This document shows, piece by piece, positions 50,901 through 62,900 of a stretch of 64,000 nt of DNA. Source of the DNA: Antedon mediterranea (taxonomy: Eukaryota > Animalia > Echinodermata); contig NC_092678.1 in NCBI RefSeq assembly GCF_964355755.1, positions 7,952,422 to 8,016,421 on the forward strand, in the 5' to 3' direction. The translations under genes were made by a program, and so were the position numbers. Each line of letters begins with the position of its first letter. The stretch's first letter is position 1. The notes below the pieces were generated by a model. That model worked only from the letters and a program-made list of their open reading frames with translations, made no database searches and was not told the DNA's origin.

Positions 50901-53900
50901 GGAGAGTTGAAATCCTTAAGCCCGTTCCTTAAAGATAAGTTACTATACGTAGGAGGAAGAGCTTCTAAAAGTCTATTGTCGTACGACCAACGTCATCCAG
51001 TATTACTACCGAGCGATAACCATATTTCCTATCTGATTACCCGGTATGTTCACGAGCGGGGTCACTACGGAGTTGCTACCACAGCTGCTAAAGTCCGAAG
51101 CAGATACTGGATAATTGGTGTGACGAATTTAGCCAAGACGATTAAATTTCGTTGTGTAAAATGCAGAACCATGGAACACCAAACTGAGACGCAATTTATG
51201 GCTGATCTTCCTGTAGAAAGAATGGCTTCTGATACACCACTTTTTCTATTATACAGCATGCGACTATTTCGGGCCATATATTGTCAAAATTAGCCGAAAC
51301 AAGACAGCAAAACATTATGGAGTCATTTTTACTTGCCTCAACACCCGAGCTGTACACCTGGAAGTAGCAACCGATTGTTCTACGATGGAGTTTCTGTTAG
51401 TACTTAGACGATTCTTTGCAATCCGAGGAAAGCCGAAAATGATCCAGAGTGATAATGGTACACAGTTTATTGGTGCTGAAAGACAACTGCGACAAATGAT
51501 CCAAGGTTGGAGCAAAGAGGAATTAAAGAAATTTTGTGCTGAACAACAAGTAATCTGGAAATTCACCACCCCACTCGCTCCACACCAAAATGGGTGCGCA
51601 GAAGCACTAGTAAAAGGCTGCAAGTTGGCACTGAAGAAGGCTGTAGGTGAACAGAAACTGACACCATTTGAGCTTCATACATGTTTTCAAGAAAGAGCCA
51701 ACCTAGTCAACGAACGTCCTATTGGAAGAATTCCAAATGATCCAGATGATGGTAAATATATCTGCCCCAACGATATCTTGTTAGGTCGATCATCTAGTAG
51801 AGTACCTCAAGGACCATTCCGGCCAAGCAAGAACCCGAGAGAAAGATTAGAATATGTACAGAAGATAGGTAATGCATTCTGGAAGCGGTGGACTAGAGAC
51901 GTCTTTCCACTGTTAGTCCCTCGACGCAAGTGGAATGTAGACAGAAATTAAAAGTGAATGATGTGGTAATACTTTCAGACCCGAATGCTATTCGTGGGAA
52001 GTGGCACCTTTGAAGAATCACCGAAGTGTATCCCGGAGCCGATGGTCCAATCCGCAACATTAAAGTAAAAACTGCCACCGGACATTTCAGCCGACCTATC
52101 AACAAGATAGCTGTAATATGCCCAGCCGAAGGTTATTAGTATTGCAATGTATGCTAGATTTGATGCAACATTGTCGCATCGTGGGGGAGGATGTTTCGTT
52201 TGAAACAGATATTTATTTAGTTAACATTGAGGGCGTCCTTTCTTGTCTCTAATAAACAAGCGTAGATCCAGCATGGCGAGCAGCTGACTCGCATCGATGT
52301 TTTTATAAGTATTTTAATTCTGTTAATTTACCAGTTTTTAGTAAATATCATTAAGATATTTATACTGTGATGTTTAGGGTATGTGTTCTTTATCTGAATA
52401 CTGTTACTGATTTAACGTAGACTTCTATACAATTTATGTAATTAATGATTATTGATCAACATTTTGTAGCATTGAGAGCATGGGTTATTGCCGCTACGAA
52501 AGCCTTTGTTAGGGCTTCGTTTCTATATATCCAGAACTTCATGGATGCTTTTTGAGTTAATTTACCGACTTATATAGTGTAATCTATAATTATTGCGGTC
52601 ATAAGATATTATGTAATGTTATAGGTAATTTTTATATGTTTTAAGAATAATGGTAAATGATGTAGATAATTGATTTCAATGAGTTTTCAACTTAGAAAAT
52701 ATCAGTATGGACCATTTGCTAAAGCACGTCACATAGCCGCTTGTTTTAATGACTAATGAATATTCATGAGTTGTACCTTGCTATCTGGGCATTGGTTACA
52801 TAATACTGTAGGAATGTTATCTGACCTTCCTTTGTTCTTGCATAGCTTTTTTTATGGGTTTTGTATGGCTGTTTTCAGCTGTAATCAGAGACTTGTTTAA
52901 ATGTTAATTACATCCTGTCAAAGTAGTAAGTTTCCATTGATTATGCTTTATAATATGTTTGAATTAATGAATCAGAATTGAACATGAAAAGAATAATGTT
53001 AACTATCTAATGACAAGTCATTATTGAAAGGGTTGATGATTATCGATGCATTGATCTAATATTGAAATAATGTTTTATGTATGTTTTCTATTTACATGAG
53101 CTTTTTAGTCAGGTTGACTTTTACTGTAACCTTTGTTTTTTATTCAATCTTTACAGAATTGAATGGTGTTAAATAAACACTCATACATTAAGATCGGTTG
53201 TGATATTGTACTTTACTTCTGTCCGCCTCGCCAATTATTATTTTTAAATTATTATGTATTACACAAAAATAAAGTTCATTCATGTTGGATGAACTAAAAA
53301 CTAGCGATTTGTAAAGATATTTTATATTTTTTATAAGGTCACAAATTGTGAAATTATATAATAATATTAATCCATTATCATTGTATAACCAACAATGTAA
53401 AATAATTTGTAATTTAATTTCTAAATTTAAACCAAATTGATAAAAGTAAGCAAACATAAGCAATACACTTACAGTGTTTCCAATGCTGTCAAACCAGCAA
53501 ATGCATTGGCTGGTAATGTACTTATTTGGTTACTGTAGAAAAACCTTAAAAGTAAAAAGAATGCACAGTATAAGTAAATCACAATATCCAAGTTGTTTTA
53601 AATTATTTTAGTTTTTCTGTCATCTCAAATGTTAAAATCTCTACATTCCTGTACATTATACAGTAGTTATACTGCATGTACTCTATTGTATGTACTTTAG
53701 TGATGTCAAAATATACTATGTTAAAATAAAAAGGTGATATATTTTAACTTATTTTGTTAAAATAAAATTTCTGCAACAAATCAAAAATTGTTTGTTAGCA
53801 ACCATATAATAAATGTATTATCTAATATGTAATACAGATTCAGTTTCTATTGTTATATCTTACAAAAATAAATAGTTCAATCATGGTGGATACATTTTAA

Positions 53901-56900
53901 AAATGTTGATTTTTAAATTGGTTTTACTGTAAATAATCATGGAATCATAAGGTACATATTATTAGTCCATTATTACAATTTAACCTACAATGCATGCACT
54001 GTATTGTATAAATATTTTAATAATGTCAAAATATAAAATATATATTTATATTATTTTAATCATTTTTATTTTCATAAAACAGAATCACTACATAAACAAA
54101 TACTAATTATTTAGTATACAATCATTATAATGATATTTATATTGTGAAATTTTACATTTAAGATTAATTTTTAATTATTATGTATTACACAAAAATAAAG
54201 TTCATTCATGGTGGATGAACTAAAAACTAGCGATTTATAAAGATATTTTGTATAAGGTCACAAATTGTAAAATTATGTAATAATATTATCCATTATCATT
54301 GTTTAACCAACAATTAAAAATAATTTATAATTTAATTTCTAAATTTAAACCAAATGGGTAAAAGTAAGCAAACATAAGCAATACACTTACAGTCCTTTCA
54401 ATGCTGTCAAACCAGCAAATGCATTGGCTGGTAATGTACTTATTTGGTTCCTGTACAAAGACCTTAAAAGTAAAAAGAATGCACAGTATAAGTAAATCAT
54501 AATATCCAAGCTGTTTTTAAATTATTTTAGTTTTTCTGTCACCTCAAATGTTGAAATGTCTACATTCCTGTACATTATACAGTAGTTATACTGCATGTAC
54601 TCTATTGTATGTACTTTAGTGATTTACAAAATATACTATGTTAAAATAAAAATGTGGTAAATATATTTAAATGACTTATTTTCACAAAAGAAAATTTTAC
54701 ACCAAATTCAAATTGTTTGTTAACAACCATGCAATAGATGTATTATCTAATATGTAATACATATTTAGTATCTTACACAAATAAATAGTTCAATTATGGT
54801 GGATACATTTTAAAGTTGTTGCTTTTTAAATTGGTTTTACTGTAAATAATCATTGAATCATAAAGTACATATTAGTCCATTATTACAATTGAACTTACAA
54901 TACATGCACTGTATTGTATCAACATTTTAATGTAAAAATATAAAATATATATTTAATAATTTTTATTCTCATAAAACAAAATCACTACATAAACAAATAC
55001 TAATTATTATAATGATATTTATATAGTGATTGATTTTGAATTATTATTATTATTTTTAATTATTATGTATTACACAAAAATAAAGTTCATTCATGGTGGA
55101 TGAACTAAAAACTATTGATTTATAAAGATATTTTGATTAGATCACAAAGTGTACAATTATGTAACAATAATAATCCATTATCATTGCTTAACCAACAATG
55201 TAAAATAATTTTATATTTAATTTCTAAATTAAAACCAAATTGTAAAAGTAAGCAAACATAAGTAATATACTTACAGTGTTTCCAATGCTGTCAAACCAGC
55301 AAATACATTGGCTGGTAATGTACTTATTTGGTTACTGTACAAAGACCTTAAAAGTAAAAAGAATGCACAGTATAAGTAAATCACAATATCCAAGCTGTTT
55401 TTAAATTATTTTAGTTTTTCTGTCACCTCAAATGTTGAAATGTGTACATTCCTGTACATTATACAGTAGTTATACTGCATGTACTCTATTGTATGTACTT
55501 TAGTGATGTCAAAATATACTATGTTAAAATAAAAAGGTGATATATTTTAATAACTTATTTTATTAAAATAAAATTTCTGCAACAAATTAAAAATTGTTTG
55601 TTAGCAACCATATAATAAATTTATTATCTAATATGTAATACAGATTCAGTTTCAGTTGTTATATCTTACAAAAATAAATACTTCAATCATGGTGGATACA
55701 TTTTAAAAATGTTGATTTTAAAATGTGTTTTACTGTAAATAATCATGAAATCATAAAGTACATATTAGTCCATTATTACAATTGAACCTACAATGCATGC
55801 ATTGTATTGTATCAATATTTTAATGTCAAAATATAAAATATATATTTATATTTTAATAATTTTTATTTTCTTAAAACAAAATCACTACATAAACAAATAC
55901 TAATTATTTAGCATAACAATCATTATAATGATGATTTATATTGTAAAATTTTACAATTTCAGATTAATTTTGAATTATTATGTATTAATTTTCTAATAAT
56001 TTTTATTCTCAAGACAAAATTACTACATAAACAAATATTGATTAGGCCTACTTAGAAATATTTTGTCATTTTTTATATAAATGTGGTAAATATAATTTAA
56101 TAACTTATTTTCTTAAAATAAAATGTCTTCACCAAATGTAATTGTTTGTTAGCACCCATGTAATAAATGTATTATCTAATATGTAATACAGATTCACTTT
56201 CAATTGTTATGTCTTACAAAAATAAATAGTTCAATCAGGGTGGATAAATTAAAAAATTGTTGCTTTTTAAATTGGTTTTTACTGTAAATAATCATAAGGT
56301 ACATATTATTAGTCCATTATTACAATTGATCCTACAATACATGCATTGTATTGTATCAATATTTTATTTTAATGTCAAAATATAAAATATATTTATATTT
56401 TAATAATTTTTATTCTCATAAAACAAAATCACTACATAAACAAATACTAATTATTTAGCATAACAATCATTATAATGATATTTATATTGTGAAATTTTAC
56501 ATTTAAGATTAATTTTGAATTATTATGTATTACACAAAAATAAAGTTCATTCATGTTGGATGAACTAAAAACTAGTGATTTATAAAGATATTTTTTATAA
56601 GGTCACAAATTGTGAAATTATATAATAATATTAATCCATTATCATTGTTTAACCAACAATTTAAAATAATTTATAATTTAATTTCTAAATTTAAACCAAA
56701 TGGGTAAAAGTAAGAAAACATAAGCAATACACTTACAGTGTTTCCAATGCTGTCAAACCAGCAAATGCATTGGCTGGTAATGTACTTATTTGGTTACTGT
56801 ACAAATACCTTAAAAGTAAAAAGAATGCACAGTATAAGTAAATCTCAATATCCAAGCTGTTTTTAAATTATTTTAGTTTTTCTGTCACCTCAAATGTTGA

Positions 56901-59900
56901 AATTTCTACATTCCTGTACATTATACAGTAGTTATACTGCATGTACTCTATTTTATGTACTTTAGTGATGTACAAAATATACTATGTTAAAATAAAAATG
57001 TGGTAAATATATTTAAATGACTTATTTTCACAAAAGAAAATTTTACACCAAATTCAAATTGTTTGTTCGCAACCATGCAATAGATGTATTATCTAATTTG
57101 TAACACATATTTAGTATCTTACACAAATAAATAGTTCAATTATTTTAAAATTGTTGCTTTTTAAATTGGTTTTAAAGTAAATAATCATTGAATCATAAAG
57201 TACATATTAGTCCATTATTACAATTGAACTTACAATACATGCACTGTATTGTATCAACATTTTAATGTCAAAATATAAAATATATATTAAATAATTTTTA
57301 TTCTCATAAAACAAAATCACTACATAAACAAATACCGTAATTATTATAATGATATTTATATAGTGATTGATTTTGAATTATTATTATTATTTTTAATTAT
57401 TATGTATTACACAAAAATAAAGTTCATTCATGGTGGATGAACTAAAAACTATTGATTTATAAAGATATTTTGATTAGATCACAAAGTGTACAATTATGTA
57501 ACAATAATAATCCATTATCATTGCTTAACCAACAATGTAAAATAATTTTATATTTAATTTCTAAATTAAAACCAAATTGTAAAAGTAAGCAAACATAAGC
57601 AATATACTTACAGTGTTTCCAATGCTGTCAAACCAGCAAATACATTGGCTGGTAATGTACTTATTTGGTTACTGTACAAAGACCTTAAAAGTAAAAAGAA
57701 TGCACAGTATAAGTAAATCACAATATCCAAGCTGTTTTTAAATTATTTTAGTTTTTCTGTCACCTCAAATGTTGAAATGTGTACATTCCTGTACATTATA
57801 CAGTAGTTATACTGCATGTACTCTATTGTATGTACTTTAGTGATGTCAAAATATACTATGTTAAAATAAAAAGGTGATATATTTTAATAACTTATTTTAT
57901 TAAAATAAAATTTCTGCAACAAATTAAAAATTGTTTGTTAGCAACCATATAATAAATTTATTATCTAATATGTAATACAGATTCAGTTTCAGTTGTTATA
58001 TCTTACAAAAATAAATACTTCAATCATGGTGGATACATTTTAAAAATGTTGATTTTAAAATTTGTTTTACTGTAAATAATCATGAAATCATAAAGTACAT
58101 ATTAGTCCATTATTACAATTGAACCTACAATGCATGCATTGTATTGTATCAATATTTTAATGTCAAAATATAAAATATATATTTATATTTTAATAATTTT
58201 TATTTTCTTAAAACAAAATCACTACATAAACAAATACTAATTATTTAGCATAACAATCATTATAATGATGATTTATATTGTAAAATTTTACAATTTCAGA
58301 TTAATTTTGAATTATTATGTATTAATTTTCTAATAATTTTTATTCTCAAGACAAAATTACTACATAAACAAATATTGATTAGGCCTACTTAGAAATATTT
58401 TGTCATTTTTTATATAAATGTGGTAAATATAATTTAATAACTTATTTTCTTAAAATAAAATGTCTTCACCAAATGTAATTGTTTGTTAGCACCCATGTAA
58501 TAAATGTATTATCTAATATGTAATACAGATTCACTTTCAATTGTTATGTCTTACAAAAATAAATAGTTCAATCAGGGTGGATAAATTAAAAAATTGTTGC
58601 TTTTTAAATTGGTTTTTACTGTAAATAATCATAAGGTACATATTATTAGTCCATTATTACAATTGATCATACAATACATGCATTGTATTGTATCAATATT
58701 TTATTTTAATGTCAAAATATAAAATATATTTATATTTTAATAATTTTTATTCTCATAAAACAAAATCACTACATAAACAAATACTAATTATTTAGCATAA
58801 CAATCATTATAATGATATTTATATTGTGAAATTTTACATTTAAGATTAATTTTGAATTATTATGTATTACACAAAAATAAAGTTCATTCATGTTGGATGA
58901 ACTAAAAACTAGTGATTTATAAAGATATTTTTTATAAGGTCACAAATTGTGAAATTATATAATAATATTAATCCATTATCATTGTTTAACCAACAATTTA
59001 AAATAATTTATAATTTAATTTCTAAATTTAAACCAAATGGGTAAAAGTAAGAAAACATAAGCAATACACTTACAGTGTTTCCAATGCTGTCAAACCAGCA
59101 AATGCATTGGCTGGTAATGTACTTATTTGGTTACTGTACAAATACCTTAAAAGTAAAAAGAATGCACAGTATAAGTAAATCTCAATATCCAAGCTGTTTT
59201 TAAATTATTTTAGTTTTTCTGTCACCTCAAATGTTGAAATTTCTACATTCCTGTACATTATACAGTAGTTATACTGCATGTACTCTATTTTATGTACTTT
59301 AGTGATGTACAAAATATACTATGTTAAAATAAAAATGTGGTAAATATATTTAAATGACTTATTTTCACAAAAGAAAATTTTACACCAAATTCAAATTGTT
59401 TGTTCGCAACCATGCAATAGATGTATTATCTAATTTGTAACACATATTTAGTATCTTACACAAATAAATAGTTCAATTATTTTAAAATTGTTGCTTTTTA
59501 AATTGGTTTTAAAGTAAATAATCATTGAATCATAAAGTACATATTAGTCCATTATTACAATTGAACTTACAATACATGCACTGTATTGTATCAACATTTT
59601 AATGTCAAAATATAAAATATATATTAAATAATTTTTATTCTCATAAAACAAAATCACTACATAAACAAATACCGTAATTATTATAATGATATTTATATAG
59701 TGATTGATTTTGAATTATTATTATTATTTTTAATTATTATGTATTACACAAAAATAAAGTTCATTCATGATGGATGAACTAAAAACTAGTGATTTATAAA
59801 GATATTTTTATTAGATCACAAAGTGTACAATTATGTAACAATAATAATCTATTATCATTGCTTAACCAACAATGTAAAATAATTTTATATTGAATTTCTA

Positions 59901-62900
59901 AATTAAAACCAAATTGTAAAAGTAAGCAAACATAAGTAATATACTTACAGTGTTTCCAATGCTGTCAAACCAGCAAATACATTGGCTGGTAATGTACTTA
60001 TTTGGTTACTGTACAAAGACCTTAAAAGTAAAAAGAATGCACAGTATAAGTAAATCACAATATCCAAGCTGTTTCAAAATTATTTTAGTTTTTCTGTCAC
60101 CTCAAATGTTGAAATGTCTACATTCCTGTACATTATACAGTAGTTATACTGCATGTACTCTATTGTATGTACTTTAGTTATGTCAAAATATATTATGTTA
60201 AAATAAATATGTATATTTTAATAACTTATTTTATTGTCTACAACAAATTAAAATTGTTTGATAGCAACCATATAATAAATGTGTTATCTATAATGTAATA
60301 CAGATTCAGTTTCAATCGTTAGATCTTACAAAAATAAATAGTTCAATCATGGTGAATACATTTTAAAATGTTCACTTTAAAATTATTTTTACTATAAATA
60401 ATCATGAAATCATAAAGTACATATTATTACTCCATTATTACAATTGAACCTACAATACATGCACTGTATTGTATCAATATTTTAATGTCAAAGTATAAAA
60501 TATATATTTATATTTCAATAATTTTTATTCTCATAAAACAAAATCACTAAATAAACAAATATTAATTATTTAGTAAGATTTGTTATAATAATATTTATAT
60601 TGTGACAGTTACAATAAAGATGTATTTTGAATTATTATAATATTATTCAAAAAAATAAAGTTTGTTAAAGTTGGATGATCAAAAAACTATTGATTTTGAA
60701 AGTTTTTTTATAAGATCACAAATTGTGAAATTATATAATAATATTAATCCATTATCATTGTTAAACCAACAATGTAAAATAATTTGTAATTTAATTTCTA
60801 AATTAAAACCAAATTGGTAAAAGTAAGCAAACATAAGCAATATACTTACAGTGTTTCCAATGCTGTCAAACCAGCAAATGCATTGGCTGGTAATGTACTT
60901 ATTTGGTTCCAGCTCAAATCCCTTAAAAGTAAAAAGAATGCACAGTATATTTAGTAAATCACAATATCCAAGTTGTTTTAAAATTATTACATTACAGTAC
61001 TTTATGTGGTAAACATATTTTAAATTATTATTTCTAATTCTGCACCAAATGTTATACAGATTCACTTTCAATTGTTATATTTTACAACAATAAATAATTC
61101 AATCATAGTAGATACATTTAAAAAAAAATGTTGACTTTAAAGTTCTTTTTACTGTAAATAATTAAATTATGGAATCATAATGTACATGTTAGTCCATTAT
61201 TACAATTGAACCTACAATGCATGTACTCTATTGCATAAAAATGTTAATGTCAAAATATAAAATAATTGGTTATCCGCACTTGGCGGATAACCACTTGTTA
61301 TTGTCAGGATCTTTTTTTTTTTCTATCTTATTCTTCTTTCTTTCCCAGAATTTTGTGTCACGTGTATCTCATATTCTTATCAACATTACATCGTATAACT
61401 TTGTCAGAAGATTGACCTTTAACTGTAGAAGTCCAGGACATTTCGTTTTTCCACTTTAGAGTCGCGCAGCGTAAGTTACGCGCAATTTGATGAATTTCAA
61501 TGATTGATCATAGATTAAAAACCAAAAGTCATTTTATATTGACGCTTGGTGAAAATTTAAGTCATATCAAGAGCAAACTTTCTATGGATTAAAAATGGCA
61601 TGTTTCACAAAAAGTTACGCGCGCACGCACGTTTAAAATTTCAGAATGCGAAAAATCAATTTCTAATCAACTTTCTACGCATTTCATGTCATTTTAAGCA
61701 TGTCAAAAATTCCCACGTGAGCGCATAATTTTACGCGCGCGGTGCGCATGTAGCGCTAAAAACCTCTTTTTTCGCATGATTTATGTTTTTCGAGTCTTTT
61801 CTAGTAATTTGACCAATTTTCTAACAATTTCGATTTAAAATCACGTCATACGAGCACGTCAAATTGGACAATTTGCGCACGTTTTGATGAAAAAGTTAAA
61901 AAAACAGTCATAGATTCTAAACTACGCGGTGAACTTTTTTTTAATTACATATTCTGGAAGTTGATGAGTTGTAGATATCGGATCATGGATCAATATGGCT
62001 AACTAGACATTGTGACGTCATCATATGGCCACTCTAATATAAAATATAGGATTTTTGTCTTTTTCGTCATAGCTCATCACATTTAATTCCTTTTTCCATT
62101 TCCCTCCGTTTTTATATTGTCTTGTTCAATCATTTATCTTTCGCATGATATCATGATTAAAACGTTTTCTGGAAGCTATTGGATTGTAGATACGAATTCA
62201 TGTGAATATTTTGCCAATTAGATGTTGTGACGTCATCATATGGCTAGTTGAGTTCAAAAAGTCATATTTTCATCTCTTGCGTAAAAGTTCATTGCGTTTA
62301 AACGAGAGCGCATCTCACTTTTATAATTATCTTCTAAAATTGTTATCTTTATATGTCAATTTGATGACGTCAATGTGTTAATAATTGGATTTAAAAGATG
62401 GGTCTCGTAATTTCGTCTATGCTACACTGTATATAACATATAGGCCTACAGTTTTTTCTGTAAATACTGTAATATGCTGTATGCTACATAATAGGTACAA
62501 TTCAGCACTGTAAACATATTTATTTCATGTCATAGGATGGCATAATAATTGTCGAGGTTCATATGGTTAAGTATGTGCATGTTGCGTTTGCGCGGATAAC
62601 CCGAACTCGTCAAAGTGATGAGTTCAAATCTAGTTATATATTTATATTTTAATAATTTTTATTCTCACAAGACAAAATTAATACATAAGCAAAGTAGAAA
62701 AAATGAAGTTCTTTCATGTTGGATGAACTAAAAACTAGTGATTCATAAAGATATTTTTTATAAGGTCACAAATTGTGAAATTATAGAATAATATTAATCC
62801 ATTATCATTGTTTAACCAACAATATAAAATAATTTATAATTTAATTTCTAAATTAAAACCAAATTGATAAAAGTTTGCAAACATAAGCAATACACTTACA

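Larger units (their letters stand above)
41556..53233 (+). mobile_element. BEL/Pao LTR retrotransposon (defective) in GPCR intron, antisense to host gene
   Basis: Split 5' LTR (41556-41634 + 46081-47051) and 3' LTR 52192-53233 (TG...CA), preceded by PPT gtgggggagga. The internal order is gag-PR-RT-RNaseH-IN. No clear PBS or TSD. Confidence 0.92.
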
